Source: Bacteroidota bacterium (GTDB taxonomy: Bacteria; Bacteroidota; Bacteroidia; Chitinophagales; Chitinophagaceae). From it: 64,000 nucleotides of DNA. Each line of letters starts with the position of its first letter. The stretch's first letter is position 1. The notes under the pieces were generated by a model, which saw only the letters and a program-made list of their open reading frames with translations, did no database searches and was not told the DNA's origin. The stretch lies in the NCBI GenBank assembly GCA_005789565.1, contig SXXL01000016.1, positions 4,745 through 68,744 of the forward strand, in the 5' to 3' direction. A program made the position numbers and the translations under genes. Below are positions 26,751-35,613 of this stretch, piece by piece.

Positions 26751-29700
26751 ATGATTTGTAACGTGAACTGGAAACGTGCGAGGATCCTCGTACTGGCGGT
26801 CGGCACCCTGCTGGCCGCCAGCGGGCGGTCCCATGCCCAAGGAAATCTTTCCAACCGAGGAAAGGAATTCTGGGTGGGCTATGGGCATCATCAGTTCATG
26901 GAACCCGGACAGGGCAACTCCCAGGAAATGGTGCTGTATTTCAGCGCCGAACAAACCGCGAACGTGACAGTCACCGTTCGCGGAAGAACAGCTCAGCAGA
27001 TCACCAACTATGTGGTTCCTGCCGGTTCGGTCATCCCTTCCAATTTTATGCCTAAGTCCGGCGCACTCGATTGCCGACTCTATGATGTACCACCCAGTTT
27101 TGGGGGCAATGGAGGAGAGGGCGTCTTTGGCGTATCGATTCAGATCCAAAGTGATGTTCCCATTGTCGCGTATGCGCACACGTTCGGTTCGGCATCCTCC
27201 GGCGCTACGATGCTGATGCCGGTGGAGACCTATGGATATGGATATATCTCCGTCAACAGCCGGCAGAACTATGCGTCTAATTGTTTCTCCTGGGCCTATG
27301 TGATCGCTACGCATGACAATACTGTCGTAGAAGTGATCCCTTCGGTGCAATCGCGATTGAATCGGCCTGCCGGCGTGCCTTTTACGGTCAGTTTAAATAA
27401 AGGACAGATCTATCAGATCATCGGGGCCAATCCCACCGGAGGGGCTTCTTCTCTCGAAGTGTCCGGAACCAAATTCAAATCCATCGCCAATGCTCAGGGC
27501 GATTGCTATCCCATCGCTGCCTTCTCGGGGAGCAGCCGTACCACCAACCCCATCAGTTGCGGAAGTGGCGGCGGCGATAACGATAACCAACAACTCTTCC
27601 CGATCCAGGCCTGGGGTAAAAAATATCTCACGGCCCCTACCTCTCGCTCGGGTACGGCCAATACGTTCATGACCAACTCGTACCGGGTGCTGGTCAAAGA
27701 CCCCACCACGGTGGTCAAGCGCAACGGCGTTATCCTCAGTGCCGCCACGCTGCAACAGAATAGCTTCTATTTCTTTGAAAGCGGTACGGCCGATGTGATC
27801 GAGGCGGATAAGCCCGTGATGGTTGCCCAATTCATGACGGGTGGAAACTGCTTGGGGGGTGGACTCGGCGATCCGGAAATGATCTTTATTAGTCCGGTTG
27901 AACAAGGCATCAAACGTGTCGGGTTTTATCGAAACACCCGAGAGTCCATACAAGTCAATTATCTCACCCTGATCATACCGACCCCGGGTGTATCGTCTCT
28001 GCGCATCGATGGCAGTACCACATTCGATCACAGTTATGTTCATCCGCAAGACAGCCGGTATACCATTGTGGTCAAAAGGTGGACTGCGGCACAGTCGCAA
28101 GCCATTGCCTTCAGCGATTCTGCCTTCACGGCCATTACGTATGGTTTAGGATCGGTAGAGAGCTACGGATACAATGCCGGCACACTTATCAATAACCTCA
28201 GCGCCCTCAGTCAATTACAGAACACACCCGATCCGGCCACGCCGATTCATCTTTTCACCTGTCAGGGCACACCGGTGAAACTCTCGGTGCTCATGGCCTA
28301 TCAGCCCACCAAGCTGGATGTATTGCTAAGTTCATTGGGTGCTAACATTACGCCCAACACCGATGTTGTCCTGAACAATCCGGTATCGAGTGGTACTACC
28401 TCGGTGAACGGCGTCCCATATTATAAATATGAATTGCCGGGCACCTACGTATTCAACGGCGTAGATACGTTCATCATTCCGGTCAAAGCTTTTCACCCCA
28501 CCATCGAAAACTGTTACAATCGCGAGGATCTATCCATCGCCATCATTGTAAAAGCAAAACCCCAAGCGGATTTTACATACTTGCATTCAGGCTGTACGCT
28601 GGATCCGGTCAGTTTTACGGGCAGTTCCCCCACGCCGAATGGCTATACGGTGCAAACGTTCAATTGGACTTTCCCGGGGAATGTTTCGTTGAGCGGACAA
28701 AACCAGACCCGCACCCTGCCCCCCGGCACCAACGATGTGCGCTTGTCGGTGGTTACTGCCGATGGCTGTGCCTCGGATACGCTCAAACAGATCATCGTTT
28801 ACGATCGTCCGCCGGCTGAATTCAGGGTCAACCCCAACCAGCTTTGCGTCGGAACCTCTTTCACGGCCACCGATACGTCGAGCGCTTCCATTGCCGTCAA
28901 TACCTGGTATTGGGATTTTGGCAATGGCGTCACGCAAACGGTAACCACCGGTCCTACCGTCACCTACACGTACCCTGTCGCCGGTACCTATGTGATCAAG
29001 CACGTGACCAAATCCAGCGCCACTTGTATTTCCGATACGGTCACCCGCACCGTAACGGTTTTCCATAAACCTACGGTCAACTTCACCAATAATGCTTCGG
29101 GCTGCTTGTCGCCTGCCGGCATTGTGCAGTTCACCGGTACGGCGAGTACGCCTGACGGACAAACCTTCTCCAATTACAATTGGAATTTCGGCGACCCCAA
29201 TGCCAGCGGATCCAATCCGAATACATCCAACTTGCAAAATCCTGCTCATAGTTATCAACAAGGAACCTATACCATTAAGTTCTGGGTCACCACTTCCAAT
29301 GGCTGTGTCGATACCACTACGCAAAACCTGACCTTCAATCTCAAACCCGCATTGACCTATCCGGCCCTGAACGCCGTTTGTGAAAATGCACCGGCCTTTT
29401 CTATCGCAAGTGCGAACGTGACCAACGGGGTTACGGGAAATGGTGTGTATAGCGGTCCGGGTACCACCGCGGCCGGACAATTCAATCCCGCCCAAGCCGG
29501 ATTTGGTACGCATACCATCAAATACGTATTTACCTCGGGAGCCGGTTGTGCTGATTCCATTACGCAAACCATTTTGGTGCATGCCCGTCCCCGTACCAAT
29601 TTCACCCTTCCCGCTGCCGGTTGCTTGCCCACCAGCGGATTGGTTTCCTTTACGAATACGACGAATATTCCTGACGGACAAACCGCCACCTGGTTATGGA

Positions 29701-31382
29701 ATTTCGGTGATCCCAATGCCAATGGATCCAACCCGAATACTTCTACCCTGCAAAACCCGACGCATAATTATGGCGAGGGAACCTTCACCATCAAGCTCGA
29801 AGCCACCACGGCCAACGGCTGTTTCAAGGACACCTCCATACAAGCTACTTTCAAAGTAACCCCGGCACTCACGTATGCGGCACTCACACCGGTCTGCCAA
29901 AACGTAGCTGCTTTCTCCATTGCTTCTGCCACGGTGAGCAATGGGGTAACGGGAACAGGGGTGTATAGCGGATCGGGAACGAATGCAGCGGGACAATTCG
30001 ATCCGGGTGTAGCGGGACCGGGTACGCATACCATCAACTACACCTTCACCAGCACCGGTGGTTGCGTGGCTTCCGCCACTTCTTCCATTCAAGTTTATCC
30101 CAGACCTACTTCCACGTTCACTTTATCCGGAAGCGGAGGGGTTTGTTTGGGTCAGGATGTAACGATCACACCCACGGCCACCGTTTCCTCCGGAAGCATC
30201 ACACAATGGAACTGGAATTTGGGGAATGGCCAAACGCCTTCGAATACCAACGGCAATCCCTTCTCGGTGAATTATACGCCGGCCGGTTCTTATACCGTAC
30301 AACTTACCACGACCAGCAACAATGGTTGCATCAGCCTACCGTCTAACCAAACGGTTAATGTCAATGCTTTGCCGGTGGCCGACTTCACACTGCCGACCAC
30401 CGCGGTCTGTATGCCGGGCGGTACGGTTTCCTTCACGAACCAAAGCACTATACCCGGAGGGGCACCGCTCACGTATCAATGGACTTTCGGGGATGGCAAT
30501 AACTCTACGCAGACCAATCCGACGCATACCTACAACAGCATTGGTAATTATACCGTAACGCTCGTAGTTACTTCAGCGTCTGGCTGTGTGGCGCAAGTGG
30601 TGAAGAGCATGAGCAATTTTGTTCGCAAACCGACTGCGGCCTTTACGGTGAGTCCGGCTGAACTCTGTCAGGGTGCCGACAATCAATTCACCGACCGCAG
30701 CTTGCCCTTCAACGGTACGCTGCAAAACTGGAATTGGAGTTTTGGAGATGGCACCACATCGGCAACGGCCAATCCCACGAAGCGATACACCTTGCCGGGT
30801 AATTATAATGTTACGTTGGTGGTGACCAATACCGCCGGTTGTGTAAGCGATCCCTTTGTGATACCGGTAGTGGTTCACCTGCAACCGGTGATCGATGCCG
30901 GCATCAACTATGTGGTGCAGCAAGGCACTCAGCTAACCCTCGCCGCGACCGCCAATTCCCCAACGCTGACTTTCCAATGGTCGCCCCCGATCGGTTTAAG
31001 CGATCCGTCGGTACTGAATCCGGTGCTGACGGCTGTGCAGGATCAAACCTACACGCTCACGGCCATTGGAAACTTTGGTTGTCGGGCGACGGATCAGATG
31101 ACCGTGAAGATCCTCAAGCTGGTCACGGTACCCAACGTATTCTCGCCGAACGGTGATGGCATCCACGACCTCTGGAATATTCCGAACCTGTCCGATTATC
31201 CGGGCGCCACCGTGGAAGTATTCAATCGGTACGGACAGCAGGTATTTTACGCGATCGGTTATACGCGCCCGTGGGATGGCACCCGCAACGGACAGCCCTT
31301 ACCCGTGGGTACGTATTATTATATCGTTCAACTTAAAAATGGATTTAAACCCCTCAGCGGATCGGTGACCATTCTCCGATAA
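26751..31382 (+). CDS. PKD-repeat protein with a T9SS type-B C-terminal sorting domain
   Basis: 1543 aa with a signal peptide. The N-terminal core is paralogous to the preceding gene (NRGKEFWVGYGHH...). It is followed by many PKD-like units (WNFGD...). The C-terminus is VPNVFSPNGDGIHDLWNI...VFNRYGQQVF...WDGTRNGQPLPVGTYYYIV. Confidence 0.85.
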   Translation: MICNVNWKRARILVLAVGTLLAASGRSHAQGNLSNRGKEFWVGYGHHQFMEPGQGNSQEMVLYFSAEQTANVTVTVRGRTAQQITNYVVPAGSVIPSNFMPKSGALDCRLYDVPPSFGGNGGEGVFGVSIQIQSDVPIVAYAHTFGSASSGATMLMPVETYGYGYISVNSRQNYASNCFSWAYVIATHDNTVVEVIPSVQSRLNRPAGVPFTVSLNKGQIYQIIGANPTGGASSLEVSGTKFKSIANAQGDCYPIAAFSGSSRTTNPISCGSGGGDNDNQQLFPIQAWGKKYLTAPTSRSGTANTFMTNSYRVLVKDPTTVVKRNGVILSAATLQQNSFYFFESGTADVIEADKPVMVAQFMTGGNCLGGGLGDPEMIFISPVEQGIKRVGFYRNTRESIQVNYLTLIIPTPGVSSLRIDGSTTFDHSYVHPQDSRYTIVVKRWTAAQSQAIAFSDSAFTAITYGLGSVESYGYNAGTLINNLSALSQLQNTPDPATPIHLFTCQGTPVKLSVLMAYQPTKLDVLLSSLGANITPNTDVVLNNPVSSGTTSVNGVPYYKYELPGTYVFNGVDTFIIPVKAFHPTIENCYNREDLSIAIIVKAKPQADFTYLHSGCTLDPVSFTGSSPTPNGYTVQTFNWTFPGNVSLSGQNQTRTLPPGTNDVRLSVVTADGCASDTLKQIIVYDRPPAEFRVNPNQLCVGTSFTATDTSSASIAVNTWYWDFGNGVTQTVTTGPTVTYTYPVAGTYVIKHVTKSSATCISDTVTRTVTVFHKPTVNFTNNASGCLSPAGIVQFTGTASTPDGQTFSNYNWNFGDPNASGSNPNTSNLQNPAHSYQQGTYTIKFWVTTSNGCVDTTTQNLTFNLKPALTYPALNAVCENAPAFSIASANVTNGVTGNGVYSGPGTTAAGQFNPAQAGFGTHTIKYVFTSGAGCADSITQTILVHARPRTNFTLPAAGCLPTSGLVSFTNTTNIPDGQTATWLWNFGDPNANGSNPNTSTLQNPTHNYGEGTFTIKLEATTANGCFKDTSIQATFKVTPALTYAALTPVCQNVAAFSIASATVSNGVTGTGVYSGSGTNAAGQFDPGVAGPGTHTINYTFTSTGGCVASATSSIQVYPRPTSTFTLSGSGGVCLGQDVTITPTATVSSGSITQWNWNLGNGQTPSNTNGNPFSVNYTPAGSYTVQLTTTSNNGCISLPSNQTVNVNALPVADFTLPTTAVCMPGGTVSFTNQSTIPGGAPLTYQWTFGDGNNSTQTNPTHTYNSIGNYTVTLVVTSASGCVAQVVKSMSNFVRKPTAAFTVSPAELCQGADNQFTDRSLPFNGTLQNWNWSFGDGTTSATANPTKRYTLPGNYNVTLVVTNTAGCVSDPFVIPVVVHLQPVIDAGINYVVQQGTQLTLAATANSPTLTFQWSPPIGLSDPSVLNPVLTAVQDQTYTLTAIGNFGCRATDQMTVKILKLVTVPNVFSPNGDGIHDLWNIPNLSDYPGATVEVFNRYGQQVFYAIGYTRPWDGTRNGQPLPVGTYYYIVQLKNGFKPLSGSVTILR

Positions 31383-31401
31383 GCCGGGATCAACTATTTA
31401 T

Positions 31402-32427
31402 ATGACCAAAACTTCATCGATGAGACTTCGTATTCCCCGCGCCCTCTTGCCCTTGTTGGCACTATTCGTTGCCACCTCTTCCCGGGCACAGGTCGATCCG
31501 CATTTTTCTCAGTACTATGTGTATCCATCTTGGTTGAATCCGGCCCTGACGGGGGTGTTCGACGGACAATACCGCGTATCCGGTGTATACCGGAATCAAT
31601 GGGGGTCGATCACCACGCCCTTCACGACCTATGGGGCAACCGGTGAGATCACTACTGACAAGAACATCAATGTTGGCGTGAGTATCCTCAAGCAATCTGC
31701 CGGCGATGGTGGCTATGGTTATACCACCGCATACGGAAACGTTTCCTATACCGGGGTGAAGTTCGGTCCGGGGCTAACCAAACGAATGGTGTTCGGGTTA
31801 CAGGCCGGTATGATCCAACGTCGGTTCGACCGGAGTAAAATGACTTTCGGCGATCAGTGGAATCCCGTGTTTGGCTACAATCCCGGTACGCCTTCAACAG
31901 AGGTGTTGAGCCGGACGGCCGCCTCTGCCTTCGACATCGGTGCGGGGGTGTTGTATTTTGATGCAAAACCCGGACAAAAAGCAAATCTCTATGCTGGTCT
32001 CTCGGCGTCTCATCTGACCCAACCCGATGATAAGTTCGGTGCTACCGGGGAGGCTCGCTTTCCGATGCGCTATACGTTTCATGGTGGGGTCCGCATCGCC
32101 ATCAACGATCAATTCAGCCTCACGCCCAACCTGCTTTTTCTTAAACAGGGAACGGCCACGGAGAAAATGCTCGGAGCCTATGGGCAGTATAAAGCCACCG
32201 GCGATGTCAGTGTCCTCATCGGGGCCAATTATCGCTTTGAGGATGCGGTGGCGCCGTTCTTCGGATTCACGTATCGGAACATGATGTTGGGCGCGAGCTA
32301 CGACATCAATACCTCCGATCTCGGCAAACTTGTGAATGGTGCCAACAGTTTCGAGATCTCGCTGTCGATCATCGGACGGAAATCGACCAAAACACCGGAA
32401 GTGGAATTTGTTTGTCCCCGTCTCTAA
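31402..32427 (+). CDS. PorP/SprF-family type IX secretion system membrane protein
   Basis: 341 aa with a signal peptide, then QVDPHFSQYYVYPSWLNPALTG, the PorP/SprF N-terminal signature. Beta-barrel-like. Confidence 0.85.
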   Translation: MTKTSSMRLRIPRALLPLLALFVATSSRAQVDPHFSQYYVYPSWLNPALTGVFDGQYRVSGVYRNQWGSITTPFTTYGATGEITTDKNINVGVSILKQSAGDGGYGYTTAYGNVSYTGVKFGPGLTKRMVFGLQAGMIQRRFDRSKMTFGDQWNPVFGYNPGTPSTEVLSRTAASAFDIGAGVLYFDAKPGQKANLYAGLSASHLTQPDDKFGATGEARFPMRYTFHGGVRIAINDQFSLTPNLLFLKQGTATEKMLGAYGQYKATGDVSVLIGANYRFEDAVAPFFGFTYRNMMLGASYDINTSDLGKLVNGANSFEISLSIIGRKSTKTPEVEFVCPRL

Positions 32428-32455
32428 CCCTATTCATCTCCTGCAAACCCTGCAT

Positions 32456-34459
32456 ATGAAAAGAATCTTCTTGTTATTCGGTGCGATGAGCGTGATGCTA
32501 TCGGCCTCGGCTCAATTCGTAGTCGATTATTTGAATGGTGCCAACGAGTATTACCGAAAGGGTGATTACGCCTCCGCGGTCGAGTATTATGAGAAATATC
32601 TGGCCGGCACGGGTTCGGATCAGTTAGAGGACTATAATCCCTATGCCCCGCAAAAACCCAAAAGCAAAATTTCCAAGACGGCTGCCAATCCCCTGGAGGT
32701 AACGTATCGCTTGGCGGAATGCTATCGCAACCTCAATTATCCGTCGAAGGCCGCACCGTTATATAAAAAGGTGATCGATACCAAGACCAAATCCTACCCC
32801 CTGGCCCGCTATTACTATGCACAGCAACTTCGTGCCCTGGGGCAATATCCGGCGGCGGGACAGGAACTAAAGCAGTTCCTGCTCGATTACCAGGTGGATG
32901 ATGCTTATCGCAAAAGTGCCAACCGCGAGGTGAAAAGCCTCTCCTTCGTCGAAAGCGAGATGAAGAAAAAAGGATTGCAGTATTATACGCTGACCAAATC
33001 TCGCTATCGCCTGAACAAGCAAGGTGCCAATTATGCGCCCGTGTGGATGGATAACAACACCTTATTGTTCACCTCCACCCGCTCCGTAGATCCGGATGCG
33101 AAAGGAAAACAATATGTGAATCGAGTTTTCCAGGCCGTATATCAAAAAGATACGGCGCTCATTCGTCCCGTTTACCTGCCGCAAGCCGGCGAAATGCATC
33201 AGGCGGCCATCGCCCTTACGCCTGATGGAAAAACGATGTACTTCACGGGCTGGTCACTGAAAGGCGATCAAAAGTCCACCGTTATATATACCTCGCGGAA
33301 AGAGGACGGGGAGTGGACCAACCCGGTGGCACTGGGTCCCACCATCAATGCACCCGGCAGCAACAATCAGCAACCGCATCTGACGGGGGATGGTCGCTAT
33401 ATGTATTTTTCCAGTAATCGTCCCGGTGGTAAGGGCGGCTATGATCTATGGGTAGCTGCGATCGAGAACGGACAGCCCGGAACGGCCCAGAATCTTGGTC
33501 CCGCTATCAACACGGCCGACGACGAACAAGCGCCATTTTATCATGCAGCCAGCGGATCCCTGATCTTTTCTTCCAACGGTCGCATTGGCATGGGGGGATA
33601 TGATTTCTTCCAGAGCAAAGGCACCATTGGTAAATGGAGTGACCCGGTGAACCTGGGGTATCCGGTGAATTCGATCAAGGATGATATTTATATCTACACC
33701 CGTGGAACCGCGAAGAACATCTTGTCGGATGTGATCCTCAGCTCCGATCGCGATGCCGCGTGTTGCCTGGAGTTATTCGACTTGCAACGACGCATTCCCT
33801 CCCGCACCATCAAGGGCTCGGTGGTTTCCTGTACCGATCGCACTCCGGTTTCCGGCGTAATGGTCCAGATCCTGGATGCAGCCACGGGCAACCCCATCAC
33901 CACGAAACAAACCGATGCGAACGGGCAATATCAAGTGGTGTTGCAAGACCCCCGTTCGCTCAAGGCCATTGCCAAGATGGATGGTTTTGCTGATACCGTG
34001 TCGATCGTATCGGTTCCGGAGGAGATGGAGATCGATCAATTGGAATTTTCTGCCGGGGCTTTCTGTATTCGCCCCCTACCGCCTCCCATTCCGCCGGTGG
34101 GAACCATTGTGGAGATCCCCAATATCTTATATGATTTCAACAAGGCGACCCTGCAGGCCGTCTCCTTCCCGGTATTGGATTCCTTGGCCAATCTCTTGAT
34201 CGCCAATCCAAATACGGTGATCGAGATCCGTTCCCATACGGATGACATCGGTTCTGATGCATATAACCTGGATCTGTCCAACCGTCGTGCACGCTCGGTT
34301 GTGGAATACCTGATCTCCCGTGGGGTGAAGACCGAACAATTGGAGTCGAAAGGATACGGAGAGTCGTTGCCGCTGGAGCCGAACAAGATCAATGGGAAGG
34401 ACAATCCGGCCGGTCGCGCGAAGAACCGTCGTACTGAATTCAAGGTCTTGAAAAATTAA
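32456..34459 (+). CDS. OmpA-family protein (TPR-like, TolB-like beta-propeller repeats, CarboxypepD_reg-like and OmpA_C domains)
   Basis: The ATG at 32456 gives the signal peptide MKRIFLLFGAMSVMLSASAQ. The C-terminus is ILYDFNKATL...RSHTDDIGSDAYNLDLSNRRARSV...NRRTEFKV. Confidence 0.85.
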   Translation: MKRIFLLFGAMSVMLSASAQFVVDYLNGANEYYRKGDYASAVEYYEKYLAGTGSDQLEDYNPYAPQKPKSKISKTAANPLEVTYRLAECYRNLNYPSKAAPLYKKVIDTKTKSYPLARYYYAQQLRALGQYPAAGQELKQFLLDYQVDDAYRKSANREVKSLSFVESEMKKKGLQYYTLTKSRYRLNKQGANYAPVWMDNNTLLFTSTRSVDPDAKGKQYVNRVFQAVYQKDTALIRPVYLPQAGEMHQAAIALTPDGKTMYFTGWSLKGDQKSTVIYTSRKEDGEWTNPVALGPTINAPGSNNQQPHLTGDGRYMYFSSNRPGGKGGYDLWVAAIENGQPGTAQNLGPAINTADDEQAPFYHAASGSLIFSSNGRIGMGGYDFFQSKGTIGKWSDPVNLGYPVNSIKDDIYIYTRGTAKNILSDVILSSDRDAACCLELFDLQRRIPSRTIKGSVVSCTDRTPVSGVMVQILDAATGNPITTKQTDANGQYQVVLQDPRSLKAIAKMDGFADTVSIVSVPEEMEIDQLEFSAGAFCIRPLPPPIPPVGTIVEIPNILYDFNKATLQAVSFPVLDSLANLLIANPNTVIEIRSHTDDIGSDAYNLDLSNRRARSVVEYLISRGVKTEQLESKGYGESLPLEPNKINGKDNPAGRAKNRRTEFKVLKN

Positions 34460-34477
34460 AAACGCAGACTGGGTAGG

Positions 34478-35500
34478 ATGAAGTGGTATCGTATCATAAC
34501 TGTGGCGTCTTTGCTGGCAACGACCCTTTCCGTCGGGGCCCAGCAAAAACCCCATTATACCCAATACATCCTCAATCAATACATCCTCAATCCCGCGATC
34601 ACGGGTATTGAAAGTTATGTTGATCTAAAGGCCAGTCACCGCCGTCAATGGGTAGGCATACAGGATGCACCGGTGACTACTTATTTCTCGATGCATGGCG
34701 CATTGAATAAAAAGAGCAGTCGAAACGCCCCCACTTCTTTCCCCACCCCCGGCGAGAATCCGCGCGGCAAAAGTTATTGGGAAGAATACGAAGCGCCGGA
34801 TCCACATCACGGGATCGGGATGCAGGTGGTGCAGGATGTGACCGGTCCCCTCAGCACCGTCACCGCCCAAGCAACCTATGCGTATCATTTGCCGTTGGGG
34901 CTTCGGACCACACTTGCAGCGGGATTGGGAATCGGTCTCAACCGCATCGGACTGGATGCTGCCAAATTGAATTTTGGGGATGTGACCGTCGATCCGGTCG
35001 TCTTCACCTCGGGGTATCTGAACCGGACTCGATTGGATATGAGTGCGGGACTTTATCTGTACTCGGCTGATTATTTTGTCGGACTCTCCGCGCAGCAGAT
35101 CGTTCCGCAGACCCTTGATTTTACCGATGGATACATTCGTCCCCAAGTTGGAAAAACTGTCCCCCATCTATTTGCCACGGCCGGCTTCCGCGCCCTGCTT
35201 GGTGATAACTTCAATTTGATCCCATCCCTGATGGTGAAATACATTCAACCCCTTCCGGTACAAGTCGAGGGCAATTTCAAATTACAATTCCGCAACCTCG
35301 CCTGGCTGGGTGCCAGTTATCGTCACCAAGACGGCTTCGCTGCCATGTTAGGCATGAACATCTCCAACATTCAAGTTGGATATGCCTACGATTACACCAC
35401 CTCCCGCCTGAATAATTTCAGCAAAGGCACCCATGAATTTCTGATCGGCTTCCTGATCGGGAATAAATATCCGGATGGATGCCCGAGGAATGTTTGGTAG
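34478..35500 (+). CDS. PorP/SprF-family type IX secretion system membrane protein (second copy)
   Basis: 340 aa with a signal peptide, then QQKPHYTQYILNQYILNPAITG. Confidence 0.85.
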   Translation: MKWYRIITVASLLATTLSVGAQQKPHYTQYILNQYILNPAITGIESYVDLKASHRRQWVGIQDAPVTTYFSMHGALNKKSSRNAPTSFPTPGENPRGKSYWEEYEAPDPHHGIGMQVVQDVTGPLSTVTAQATYAYHLPLGLRTTLAAGLGIGLNRIGLDAAKLNFGDVTVDPVVFTSGYLNRTRLDMSAGLYLYSADYFVGLSAQQIVPQTLDFTDGYIRPQVGKTVPHLFATAGFRALLGDNFNLIPSLMVKYIQPLPVQVEGNFKLQFRNLAWLGASYRHQDGFAAMLGMNISNIQVGYAYDYTTSRLNNFSKGTHEFLIGFLIGNKYPDGCPRNVW

Positions 35501-35503
35501 GGG

Positions 35504-35613
35504 GAAAGGTGAAAGGTGAAGGATGAAGGGTGAACTTATTCTGTACCAAGCCACTTCACCTTTCATCCTTCACCTTTCATCCTTCACCTTTCATCCTTCA
35601 CCTTTCATCCTTC
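35504..35613. repeat. GAAGG-heptad-family long imperfect hairpin between convergent genes
   Basis: The left arm is GAAAGGTGAAAGGTGAAGGATGAAGGGTGAA. The right arm is four tandem copies of CACCTTTCATCCTT. The arms are reverse-complementary. Confidence 0.8.

Noticed and set aside
25908-27350. A 480-aa minus-strand ORF spans the junction of the two giant genes. Similar antisense ORFs lie at 24399-25466, 28587-29681, 18285-19052 and 19347-19919.
   Set aside because: They lie antisense to strongly supported repetitive coding sequence. Their translations are Arg/Gly/Asp/Ile-rich low-complexity sequence with no motifs. One crosses an intergenic gap. These are typical shadow ORFs.
31457-31472. A sigma-54-like TGGCAC...TTGC element, considered because rpoN is in the window.
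   Set aside because: The spacing is one nt too long (6 nt between TGGCAC and TTGC). It also lies inside the PorP/SprF coding sequence, 55 nt after its start.
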